DNA of 64,000 nucleotides. It comes from Eledone cirrhosa. Lineage: Eukaryota. Below, in pieces: positions 24,401-35,779 of the stretch. The first letter of the stretch is position 1; every line of letters begins with the position of its first letter. The stretch lies in assembly GCA_964016885.1 (NCBI GenBank), contig OZ024746.1, positions 8,246,001-8,310,000 of the forward strand, in the 5' to 3' direction. The notes beneath the pieces were generated by a model. It was given only the letters and a program-made list of their open reading frames with translations, was not told the origin of the DNA and did no database searches. A program made the position numbers and the translations under genes.

Positions 24401-24729
24401 TACATTTATAAAGACGTAAAGGAAATTCTGTCATTACCATAACTGAAGTATAAGCTATTGATTCCAGAGCTGGGCCCGATTGATACAGATCTAACCGTGA
24501 GCTGGTCAATCGCGAAATGCGTGTAACACCGCAATAAATGTAATGAAAATTTAACACCTCGTCCATATTATATATATACACACACACACTATACACGCAT
24601 ATACATAAGTACATAATAATAAGTTAATTTATTATTCCATTATTTTAATTGCTACTCTATAAATGTATGCTTGTACCTACATAGATATAGGCGTAAGCAT
24701 CCAGGCAATGCTAGATATACACACACACA

Positions 24730-25006
24730 GGTATATGGCTTAATGGTTAGACTCTAATGCAAGGCCAATGCTCTAACCGTTAGAGCATTGGCCTTGCAAT
24801 CGAAAGGTGAGTTCAATTCTTGGACCGGGTGATGTGTTGTTTCCTTGAGCAAGACACTTTATTTCACGTTGCTCCAGTTTACTCAGCTGTAGAAATGAGA
24901 TGATAGGACTGGGGTCCCTATCATTAAATTACCCAAGACACCTCCAACGAGATATACCTTGGAGGAGGCCAGCTAAACCTGCATAGGTGTGAGCTGTCAC
25001 ACACAC
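24730..25006 (+). mobile_element. SINE family B copy
   Basis: Same core and tail as the 14991 copy; the head carries a short inverted duplication. Confidence 0.85.
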
Positions 25007-25139
25007 AAAAAACATTGGTTGGCCTTGGGTTTATTGTATTCTCAACTCTAAAGTGCTACATATTGAGACTGAACCTGAGACCACATGGTTCTGAAGCAAC
25101 CACATTGCTATGGCTCCCCTAAGATTTCATACAATTTAT

Positions 25140-25500
25140 GATACATCTTTATTTCAACCTCTTAACATTCAAAATAAATGTGATGTGTAACAATGAGAAT
25201 TATACAATTCATCTTGCTGAAGAATATTTCCTTCACCACCACTAAAAACACAGAGACTTTGTAAATTTTTGTCTGCACATTTGTTTTCCTTCTCTCCATA
25301 TAAACTCATTCACATACGATTGAAAGAGTACTTGATTATTTCCACCCTGGTTATTGAAAGAGTACTTGAATCAATATTTTGACCTGGTGCCACAAGGGAG
25401 AGGACTAAAGACATGCTTGGACTTCATCTGTCCTACTTCCTTTGGGAATAATTGGAAGAGTCTGCCTGAAATCCCCAGATAGCAAGAGACACCTCCCATT
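25140..25500 (-). mobile_element. Helitron RepHel PIF1-helicase remnant
   Basis: The minus strand reads MGGV/LLSGDFRQTLPIIPKGSRTDEVQACL*SSPLWHQVK, the PIF1/Helitron GDFRQxLP motif, followed by a degraded NMR...GEG segment. Not in the ORF track. Confidence 0.85.
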
Positions 25501-25559
25501 GGATCCTGGCAGTCTCTGATGTTGTTGGGGAGGGGTACATTTTGGGGAGCTGTGATGTG

Positions 25560-25825
25560 CGTGGGTGTTTCTGGAGTTGTTTTAGGTGGGGAGGGGTTGG
25601 GTGGGACTGTTTGTCGTTTGTTTTGTTGTCACTATTTTTTTATGTTGTGGTGGTGATTGTTGTGCAGGTGTTGGCAATAGTGCCTCTTTTTGGCTAGTTA
25701 GCCGAGAACAGGAAGCTCTCAGGTGACCCCTGCTTAAGCAGTGGTAAAATGAGGGCCGCCTACCCCCGACCGAAATGTTTATGTATATAAGCCCATCTAG
25801 CAGCGCACGTTCCGGGATCCTAGCA
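25560..25825 (-). mobile_element. ORF1 zinc-knuckle fragment of a related Tx1/L1-like LINE
   Basis: RIPERALLDGLIYINISVGGRRPSFYHCLSRGHLRASC...LLPTP aligns by eye with ORF1 TIPDHTHLQNGTVIHIMAEGKRPQCFVCGEKTHLRASC...LLPTP at ~30.0 kb. Confidence 0.8.
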
Positions 25826-28800
25826 GATCTCTCTCCACCCTCACCTTCCTTTCCAAGTGAAACTTGAAAAAGGTGATGAGGGATTGGCCGAAGAGAAAAG
25901 TGCCTGTCTTCAGTCCTTTCAACCTCGTCCACCATACCTCTTTCGCTACTGCCACCAGACAGAGGAAAATTGCCTGCCCTTCCTGGCCAAAAGAAGGCGG
26001 CGGGTCGATCTTCACTATGGACTCGGCCGATAGCCGGATCCGTTCTACACGCGACAACAGCTGTTCAACATAACTCCACAAGTCAGTAATGCACGGACAC
26101 TGGACGAGTGCGTGCAGAACGGTTTCGTCGCTCTGCGCGCATCTCGGGCAGGTCCGTCTGACAGCACTTCCGTGCCTGTAGAGTTTATCTCGAACCGGTA
26201 GTGCCCCCCCCCCCCCCCCCCCCGCTAGCACTGGGGATTTTTGGAAATTATCCATCGTCCCCCCCCCGGCTCGAAAGTCCTCCGGAACAGACTGGTTAGT
26301 CCGACTTCGTTGACTCCCAGAGCCTCTCCGAGTGCGTAGTCGCAATTGCCCACCACTAATCCTCTATAGAACTCGAGAGTGGAAGTTCCACTGACCGCAT
26401 TGCCCGCCTGGTAGAGGGCAGTGAGTGGCTGGCAACATTCCAGATGCCAGTCACCCAGTCTCGGTCTCTTCTTGACCCAGGACTGCAACTCAGTCAAAGA
26501 AACGAGCTGCGGAAAGGCCCGTCTGACAAACGGCGACCACACCTGTTCACCGTTTAGGCAGAATATCTGGAGATGCCTCAGCGCGTGCCTGCGCATCATT
26601 AGCCACGGCATGCCCAGCCCTCCACGTAGAGGGTGCTGGCAGCAGATGGACCGCCTCACCAGCGGAACCTGACCGACCCATCCACAAGAATTTGAAGAGG
26701 AGCCGCTCCAAGATGGCGATGCGTGAACGGGGGCAAGGGACGACAGTCAGACGGTAGTAGATGACGGACGCGATGTACGCGTTCGCCACCTCTGCCCGAC
26801 CTTTCAGTGATAGCTTCATCCCAGCCCATTTCTGGGTGAGACTGACTACCCTGCCCGTCACCTCTTCCCAATTCTTATCCACCTGGAGGTCTGGCCCGAA
26901 CCAAACCCCTAGCAACTTTACCGGTCCGTCTTTCCGGCGCTGTTGGACGACATGGACTTGCCTCTCCAGGTGCCGAGTTGCAAGCCTACTGACTTTTCCG
27001 GATTAAGTTTTGCTCCCGTCAACCTTTCATATTCCTCCAATAAGTTGCCGACCACCTCGATTTCTGAGGTGTCCGACACCATCACGGTGATGTCGTCCGC
27101 ATGAGCCGACACAGCCTTTCCGCGTCCCGGTTCGAGCGGGATGCCCTGCAACAGCTCCAGCTTCCGCAGTAAAGGCTCGAGAGTCAATACGTACAGAAGG
27201 GAGGAGAGAGGGCACCCTTGACGGACCGATCGGGAGACCTGAAACGGTTCCGAGAGGTGGCCATTAATTTTGACCATCGAGCAGGTGCCGCTGTGCATTG
27301 CAGCGATCCAGCTTCTGAAGACGGGGCCGAAGCCAGCCGCCTTGAGGTCAGCCTCCAGGTACTGATGGTCGACCCTATCGAATGCTTTCGATTGATCTAA
27401 ATTGATCAGAGCCCCGCCGAAGCCAGGTTTACACCCTACCCTCTCTATGATGTATCGCATTAGGTGGAGGTTGTCGTGTATGGAGCTGGTTGGGATTGCG
27501 CAAGTTTGCGCCTCCCCAACCAAATCCCCGACGACAAGCGCCAACCTCTTCGCTAACACTCTGGCCAAAATCTTAAACTCTGTGTTGAGCAGAGTTATGG
27601 GCCTGAAATTGTCTAATGTGTCCCTCTTCTCGTCTTTCCTTATCAGCGTCACTATGCCCCGGCTCACAGAACTGGGAATACTCCCGTTTTGCTGCCAGTT
27701 GCAGTAGAGGGCTTCGAGGAGATTGGAGAACAAGTCTGGCATATTTACGTAAAGCTCGTAGGGTAGACCATCCAAACCGGGTGACTTGCACCTCATGCAG
27801 CCTACAAGGGCATCCTGAATCTCGGCTGAAGTAATTGGCCTTTCGCAGCGCCCAGTGTCAGTCGTCGAGAGTTGGGGCAAGCCATCGAGGTAGGGACTGA
27901 AGTCCGCCACCATTTCTGACCCGCCACTTCCCCTGAACAACCGAGCAAAATGTTGGCGAAAGGCCTCACACATCCTCTTGGAATCGCTCAGCTCGAGCCC
28001 GTCTCGGTCCGTCAAAGACCGAATCGTGGTTTTATTACCACGCTGCGCCTCTGCCACGCGGGCCCATCGAACAGCTTTAGTTCCCTCGTTTCTCAGAGCA
28101 CGCGCCTTAGCTCTGACAATGCAACCTTCGTGTTTCGCATTGAAGAAATGGTCTAATGTCATTCTCGCCGCTAGCACGTCAGTTGCAATGCCACTACCAA
28201 TAGCGTCGTCTAACTTATCTACCAACTCTCCCTCTCTATTTTTCTCTAATGCTACTTCTTTGCTAAACTCTATCGACATTACTCTAATCTCTCTTTTGAG
28301 AGCCCCCACCATCTATTGACTCTTTTTAAACTAATTTGTTGACCTGGTCCCTGTATGCCTTACGTGCCGGAAATGACATGTTTAGCTTCCAGTAACCAGG
28401 TCCTAACCTACGCGTCTTATCTAGGTCGACCATACAGATCACAAACTTGTGATCTGAATAGGCGACCGTTTCGAAACGTGGACAGCTTACACTATTTCTG
28501 TCTATTTTCCTAATGAATATCCTGTCTTTATACGATCTAGATAACCCTATGCGATTAGCCCAGGTGCACACTGGCGCATTAGGGAAATCTAGTCGGTACC
28601 TGTCAGACAGTTGGAACTGGCTGATCAGGTCTCTTGAGGCTTTTGCAACCCCCACTCCTATCGGATACTCCCACACAGTCCCAGCGTGCGTCTAAGATGC
28701 CGTTCCAGTCCCCCACTAACAGTAAAGGGCGAGACGTATCCAGAAAGGCTTCCAGGCGTGTAAAGAAGTCCGGCCGTCCTGCCCCAGTAGGAGCATAGAC

Positions 28801-29130
28801 GGCCACCAGTCTAAAGGCACCACCTTCATTATTGTTCACGTCCAGGACCACCAACTTCCCGTCCGGGTCCCGGAAGATCGACCTTACCTCGAGATCCAGG
28901 CCTTTCCTAAACAGCACTGCCACCCCGCCTCCCATTCCCGGCCGGCTAACAGATGCAAAGATCTGATAGTCGTCGAAAATGGGGGCTAGTGCGTGCGTGT
29001 TGGAAATCCTGGTCTCGCTGACTGCAATTACATCCATTTCTATAGACCTGAGGTCGTTGAGCAGGTGACCCTGCTTCCAGGACGATTCCAGGCCTCGAAC
29101 ATTTAAACATCCTACTCTTAATACGGCCAT
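25826..29130 (-). pseudogene. LINE ORF2: AP endonuclease + reverse transcriptase + CxxC-H-C motif, several frameshifts
   Basis: LNVRGL, SETR, VYAP, GDWN, SDH, GYWKLN, KSPGLDGLP, RPITLLN, DQSKAFDRV, RQGCPLS, (H)ADD, GGLG, CPRC...ETVLHALVQC. Confidence 0.95.
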
Positions 29131-29239
29131 GTTGGCAGGTTAAACAGAGAGAGAGGAAGGTTTACTTACCTTCCGGGCTCTTGTGAAGGTCGGGTTGTTC
29201 GACCTCCATAGTTAGTGGGGTTTCTTTTGGGAACCCCTT

Positions 29240-31112
29240 TCAATGTCTTGAAGTGGGTTTTACGTTCGGGGTTCCCACGTCCCGAGGAAAGCTGTCTCGT
29301 ATTTCTTTGAATATGTCGAGCGACATTTGCACCAGAACCAAATCTTCCGGCACGCGAAATGTGCTCGATTTAAACATTTCCCCCTCTTTTTGTATATTTT
29401 CACTTCGTGCTACGAGGGCCATCAGTTCCTTGTTGGTCCTCCTGATGAGCACAAAGTTTTGTATGTTTTGTTGGTGTGATTTTACTTGTTTGCGTGGCTG
29501 TGGTGGTGTTTCGGTTGTATCTGTGTTTGTTGTGAGTGCGATGTCTGTGGTTTCAGATGTTTGTGTGTATATTGCGTCTGTTTCGGTTGTTTGCGTTTGG
29601 GGGATTATGGTGATGTTGGTGTTATTGGAGAGATGTTTGCGTGGGTGGTGTCTGCGTTTTTTATTGTGGGTGCTTTTGTGCTTTGTTGAGTTTTTTTTCT
29701 TTCTTTTTGTGTTTCCTTTTTTGTATTTTTGGGGATTTGGGATTTCCCTCATTTTCACTACTGGTAGATGAGGGGTCTGTTTCTGTAAGTGTGTCTGTAT
29801 GTGTGTTTAAGGTTTTATTGGTGTGTGTATTTTTGGGGGGAGGGGGAATTTGACAGCTTTCCTCGTTTCCCCCCTGGGTAGTCAATGTTGGTGGTGGTCT
29901 TTCTATTGGTGTTGTTGTTGGTGGTTTTGCTGGTGCTGGTGTTGGTTGTGGTCCTCGCCCCGGCGTCGGCAGCAGTGGAGCCTTTCGACCCCTTGCCTCT
30001 TTCAGCAGTTGAGGGCAGGAGGCTCGCAAATGGGTTTTTTCCCCACAAACAAAACACTGTGGCCTTTTGCCTTCGGCCATAATGTGAATGACCGTCCCAT
30101 TCTGAAGGTGGGTGTGGTCCGGGATTGTCTTCACATTTTTGGGCCTGATCTGGAGAAGGATCTCCAGGTCAACCCCGGACCAGTCCTCTCTGGCCGTTCT
30201 GGTCACTTCTATAGGGACTGTATCCGTCCCCTCTACAATCACACATCCCAGAAGCCACCACATGTCAAGTCCTGGTGGGATTCTGGGAATGCGGAGATGG
30301 GCCGTTCGTTTTCCCATGTGGGAGGGGTACATTATGACCTTGCTGGTTTTGCAAGGAGTCATAGCGTGTTTCATAGCGAGGGCTTCTGACTTGAACAACA
30401 CTGAAATGGTGCCGTACTGGGTGTCTTCTCTGATGCACCTCAGCGCGACTTCGATATCTTCTTGTGGGATTAACGCTGCCCTTTTGGTTTGCGCTGAGAT
30501 GCATCTATAATGCACCGTTTTGCGCTCCACTGCCTCAATAGCTTCTACCGGGACAGTTAAGTTGGCCCAAGTTTGCTCTAGCTTGATGAGCTTCCATGCC
30601 TGGGCCAACTTTTCATCTTTGTTTGAGAGGTTCATGTTGAAGCATGGCCTCTTTTTTGCTGCTGCCGCAGCAAAAGTGGTCTTGTTTTCGTTGGGGGTGT
30701 TGTTGTCGTTGTCATTGTTCTTGTTGGTGTTGTTGTTAGCACTGTCGCTGTTATCATTGTTGTCTTTGCTGCCACCGTTGTTCTCGGTGCAGTTTGTATT
30801 GTTGCTGTTGGTGTTGTCGCTATTTGTTTTCATGTTAGTGGTGTTGATATTGTTGTTGTATTTGTTATTTTTTTTTTTGTTATCTGTATTTTCGTTGTCG
30901 CTGTTACTGTCATTTTTTTTCAAATTAGAGTTCTTATTGGTATCATAGGTGTCTTTGTTTACCTTGTTTGTGGTGGTGTTTGTGTTATCAATGTGTGTTA
31001 ATTTTGCTGTAGCGCTCCTCTCAACTTCTACATCGTTGTCGCACGACAGCCGACATATCGCTGGGGGGCGTGGCTCAGCCATGTTTTTTTTTCTTCGTAA
31101 ATTTTTTAACAT
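29240..31112 (-). pseudogene. LINE ORF1 (Asn-rich N-terminus, CCHC knuckle, Pro/Thr linker), one apparent frameshift near 29.7 kb
   Basis: ORFs 29661-31112 and 29240-29758 overlap across an A-rich tract; CFVCGEKTHLRASC knuckle. The C-terminal domain is conserved in the copy at ~40.0 kb. Confidence 0.85.
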
Positions 31113-31656
31113 GTAAAAAAAAGTTCAAATATTTGGGCCAAAAGGCCCAAATATTATACTTTCCCCTTCACGGGGCAAAGTCTAAGGGCTTATATCCCTT
31201 ACACAACAAGACATATTTAACAACAAATAATTTAAACAGGCAGATAAAGCGACTTACTGTGAGCGAGCAAAATACGTCCGCTTAGACCAATAATAATAAT
31301 AATAATAACCAAGTATATATATGTTTCAATCCAATATTTATTGAAGTATAAAAATTTACAAATGTGCGCGGATGCGCTTACCATTGACGGTTTAAGTAAC
31401 ATTTTCAATGCGCACATGCGCTTACGAAGTCCAATATGGGAAAAGGAGATAATAATGTTCGAATTTAGAGTAAAAGTGATCTGATTGGTTGTCACAAAAT
31501 TGTTCATGCTTTGTACAGCCTGTTGTCTGCATTGTTTCATAAGTGTTGAAATGAAATAGTAAGTGAAATTAGTTTTTATTTTCCTTGATTGTTCTGTTCC
31601 GATTTGTGTTTTTATGTACTGTTTATAGGAATTTCCTCCTTGTAGTCATATTTCGT

Positions 31657-32112
31657 CGGCTACTTTCGCGGGGCTCACCTACGGCTGGCTAGCTCAGCAC
31701 CTATGGCGGTGAGTAAGGTGGTAGCCCTGGGACCAAGGACACCAGAAGTCTCCACTGCCAGAGGTACGACCGCAAACCTGTCAGAGAGCGACTGGCATTT
31801 GAGGAGTTTGGCCCCCTCAGCCCGACGTGCAGCAGAACCTGGGTCAGTCGCAGACTGCACCAGGTTGCGGCTGCAGAAAGTGTCGGTGCCAGTGGCATCC
31901 CAGACGAGGGGTTACCCATTGAAAATAATGACAGGTTTAGAATAGAATAGAATACCAGAGAATTTGAAAAACACTGGTGCCAAGTGGTGCCTACATTATT
32001 CCACCATTGACATTGATGTGTATTACTTTTTCCATGTTTTCGCGCATGCGCGCACCCAAAAAGTTTGCTTCACCATCGCTTGCCACTGGTGTCATGGCCG
32101 CCATCTTGTACT

Positions 32113-32153
<41 letters not shown>

Positions 32154-34940
32154 CAAATTATCGAGAATTGGAACTTCGGCCCACGAAATAATGAAACACA
32201 ATCTTCGAAATGTGTGGCAAAGTGCTCAATAGTTCAGATAAACCAGAACTATAACTAACGTTTAATACCAACACACTGAGACGATGCTTAAACAATCATT
32301 CGCACAGCCAAAAATACGACCAAGAAAATTCGGGTCAGACAAATAAAAATATATATCAATGAAAAATTTACCCGGATCCCCTAGAAAGATGCTAAATTCC
32401 AGCATTTGGGTTTCTGCGGCTCCTAAATCAGTTACTGTCAGCCTACATAAAAAATATCCGGCTTCTGGTAAGATGATGAACAAGGTAGTCACTTTTTCAA
32501 CAGGCGTTTAGTTCAATAATACAAGGGAAGTCCGTTCGTGGGGACCAGCAAGGGAGGGAACCCCTATATTAGGCGAATGAATTCAGTTGTGTATATTATT
32601 GTAAGAATACAAAATATCACAAATCGAATTAGAGTTCTCAACAGACGGGTTAAAATTAACATGAGCTATTCATCTCAGGGAAACGCCAATGCGTAGGCTA
32701 TGGTTGTCTAGCTGCGTGCCATTGGAGAATGAGGGCAGGGCATGGAGCCAGGCACCACTGTGGGGTTTGGAGGCCGCACGAAAACAAGCAAGGCGGTTCT
32801 GGTCGAGCTGGCGCATGAGCCTCTCTGAGGCCAGGCTGCAGACAGGTAAAGTGGCATGTTGCCACCCTATGTCATCAAACTTGACGTTGCATATCTCCTC
32901 GGCTGCTGCTCGGATACAAGTATCGAGGTCAGCGAGGACAGATGTCTGGGTGTAGCACGGAGCGCTGTGGAGTGTATAGAGGAGCTTCGGCATGGCGAAG
33001 CAGTTCCTCAGCAAAAAGAGAACTGGGTGGCCGTCAATCAAGCCCAGTCGGCTTGTGAGAGTCGACCTGATGGTGGAGCGGGTGGATCGGTGACCCGAGG
33101 ATGAGGACATCCTCTTTGGGGGGTCACCTGAACCTGGCGGAGAGTGGACTGCACGTCCAAGACGGAGGCTGAAAAGCTCGCAGCATCGAGGCTGACGTTC
33201 ACCACCTTCGACTTGGCCGAGTTGACCTGGAGGCCGATTCCCGCCAGGCAGGAACCACCGATTGAAGGTCAAGGCAGACCGTCTGTACGGGCCCGCCCAA
33301 CGTAGCATCAACCAGATACCAAACGTTGAGAGGGGCAGTGATACTCCGGGCGAACAGGAGGGGTCCCAAAGGGTCGCCCTGTTGGACCCCAGTAGCTGAG
33401 GGTACGACCGTATCAGCAGCAAGGAGCATCCTCAGGGCTCCATATGACGGGTAGGCAGAGGGGGCTCGGCTGAGGCAGGCCTCGAGCAGATGATCCTGGC
33501 GTAAAGAGTTGAAGGCATTCCTCATGTCAAGCTTGACAATGAAGTGCCTGGAGTCCCTGGAAGCCGGTTCCGATGGGCAGCTGTTGAAGAACTGCCTGGT
33601 TGCATGAGTGGGGCCCTCACAGCCACTGGACATGCCAACACCTAGTTGCACTGGACTAAACTCCTCACCATAACAGTCAGTCTCTGGAAGACATTGCCCA
33701 CAGCAATGGGGCGTATGCCACCCTCTTTCTGAGAGGGGTGAGGCTAGCCGAAAAAAAGAGGCCTCGAGCGTAAGGGTCCAGGGCACCATGGATGAGCCTA
33801 TTGGTGAGCGCCACAATTGCACTCAGAAGGCGGCGCCCGGCCTCAGCGGAGAGGGGAGATGTCAACACCTTGAGGTGGCCTGGTCGGAGACCATCAACAC
33901 CTCCGCAGCTGCTAGCTAGGAAGAACCTGATGGCGGACATGATGTCTGCATCAGAAGCCACAAGGAGCAAGTGGGGGTTGGATCTGAGATCAGTGGGTGA
34001 CTCAGGGTGTTTGGGTTGCAGAGCAGCCAGGACCTCCTTGGTGGGTTGGAGGACAGTGTCCTCTGACTGCGGCCGAGACATCACCCATGATAAGCTTGGC
34101 GTTTACCTGGTCACGCAAACGCTTGGCGCTGGCCTCAGGGGTGGAGGGTGGGGTGTGTGGCGTCCCTGGGCACGCTGGGAATGGGCGCTTGCCCAAAGGG
34201 CGAAACATTGCTGTTGACTGGCCGCCCCGGTCAGCGCCAGAGCTGGGGAGGGCTAGTGGGGCGAAATAGAACAGCCGCTCCCAGTCACTGGCTCGATTGG
34301 AGTCCAGGGCACTCTCAATCGAGGAAGCGAGGGCATCGGCTACCGGCACCCGTGCCGCTCTCGGGATCCTGAGTGGGATCTTCCGGAGCCGCCTGAGCCG
34401 AGTGTTGTTGACCAGCGAGGCTTGGGCGTCAGGCAAGCTCACTGTCTCACCTGGTGGTGTGCCAGACGGCCGTGGCTGGGAAGACGTAGGGAATAGGCAG
34501 CTCCTGCACCTCCACGCAGCGAGGGCATTGGAAGCTCGACGAGTCAAGCCAACTCAGGTGAGGTCGTGGAAGCAGCCGCACCTCAAACAGTTCCGGCCCC
34601 TCTTTCGTTTGTTAGTAGTGCTGCAAGTGCTGCAGGTGTTGGCTTGGAGAGATGGGGCGTGGGGCCGGGGACTGGGGCACCGAGCGGCATCAGGGGTGGG
34701 TGGCTGGCGTGTGTGGGTGGAAGGGAAAGTGCTGGTAAGAGGGCCTCATAGCTCACCTATATATACAGAGGTGTCAGAAAACAAGAGAAAAGAAGGTGCT
34801 GCATGGAGGGGGAGACACAAGAAGGTAGGATGTTAGTAAATGAATGAGTGAATGGATGAATGTACAAAAAAAAAAGGGTGGGGGGAGAAAACGGGGTTCC
34901 CAGCGGAAAGACCCAGAGTTCAGCACGCTCATATGCGAGC
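31657..34940 (-). mobile_element. CRE-like (RLE-type) non-LTR retrotransposon, degenerate, interrupted at ~31930-32670
   Basis: GC-rich. GGVDGLRPGHLK, QLGVG, KLDMRNAFNSL, GVQQGDPLGPLLF, WYL(V)D, AMPKLLYTL, HSGAWLHALP, and the RLE half PLVWDATGTDT...AEGAK...PLAVETSGVLG. Degenerate PHD finger at the N-terminus. Confidence 0.85.
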
Positions 34941-35056
34941 AACTTAGCAGTTTGTCATAGGACCTTGTGGCTGGAGGTGAGTCACTGATGCTGGGGTTGG
35001 CTTCCTCTTGTTAATGGTAGAGTTGTTGTTAATGTCACTGTTGTCGTCGTTGCCTT

Positions 35057-35533
35057 CCTGCGATATTTTTGAAACAAGAACTTCTCTATGTAGAAAGCAA
35101 TGAGTACGAATGAGATTTGGATTTCTTTCTACGAAGGATACAAATCCTTTAATACAGCCTGTCATGCATGAAGCTCCATCAGTGCAAATGCCAACACGGG
35201 ACTTCCTAGACAAATTCATTTCTTTCAGGTAGCCTGTTATCAAATCAAAAATATCTTGACCTCTTGTAGTTGTGGATATTTCTTTACAGCACAAAAATTG
35301 ATTATTTCATTCTCATCAATAAAATGTACAAATGCAAGCAATTGACTTTTATTACTGATGTCAGTGGATTCATCCACGGTTAAAGCAAAATTAGAATTCT
35401 TAAGCTTTTTCTGAACATTGTGTTCAATATTTTTCAATATATCTAGGATTCTTCTACGTATTGTATCATTATCTTATCAAAATTTTTTGGCACACTTAGG
35501 AAGATCTCACGGCACACTGGTTGAGAATCACTG
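35057..35533 (-). mobile_element. hAT (Buster/Charlie-like) transposase fragment with one TIR
   Basis: FALTVDESTDISNKSQLLAFV, GICTDGASCMTG and THCFLHREVL (hAT D, D and CxxH motifs). TIR CAGTGATTCTCAACC ends at 35533. Confidence 0.9.
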
Positions 35534-35779
35534 ACCTAACCTGAAACAATGTTATCCATGAAATTAACATAAGATAACCGATGCTGAATTACTACACAAG
35601 ATATAATAATATTAAAGTTATAATGAAAGCACTAGGCACCTGGTGTCGTCAGTAATGCTTTACTCCTGTGAATGGCACTGGTGTCAGACGTCTTTTGGAT
35701 AAATGTTGACGCGGGGAGGGGCCAGAGCGGGCCAGTTAGATGTGAAGACCCTCTCTACAGATGGCTCTGAATCACGCTG

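Larger units (their letters stand above)
25826..31290 (-). mobile_element. near full-length Tx1/L1-clade LINE (5' UTR, ORF1, ORF2; 3' UTR missing)
   Basis: Two-ORF layout: gag-like ORF1 with CCHC knuckle, then APE, RT and a C-terminal zinc motif. Boundaries are approximate. Confidence 0.92.

Noticed and set aside
23715-24442. Long YI/CV/HT-rich ORFs (also at 12.2, 21.0, 47.6, 56.1 and 62-63 kb)
   Set aside because: Translations of microsatellites.
25280-25330. LFQSYVNEFIWRE, resembling a Merlin/IS1595 transposase motif
   Set aside because: It is an alternative frame of sequence that continues the adjacent Helitron helicase; no other Merlin motifs or TIRs.
26205-26270. Programmed frameshift at poly-G/C tracts in LINE ORF2
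   Set aside because: ORF2 has many other breaks; homopolymer slippage or sequencing error is simpler.
27218-34836. Many + strand ORFs over the LINE and CRE-like elements
   Set aside because: Antisense shadows of GC-rich TE coding sequence.
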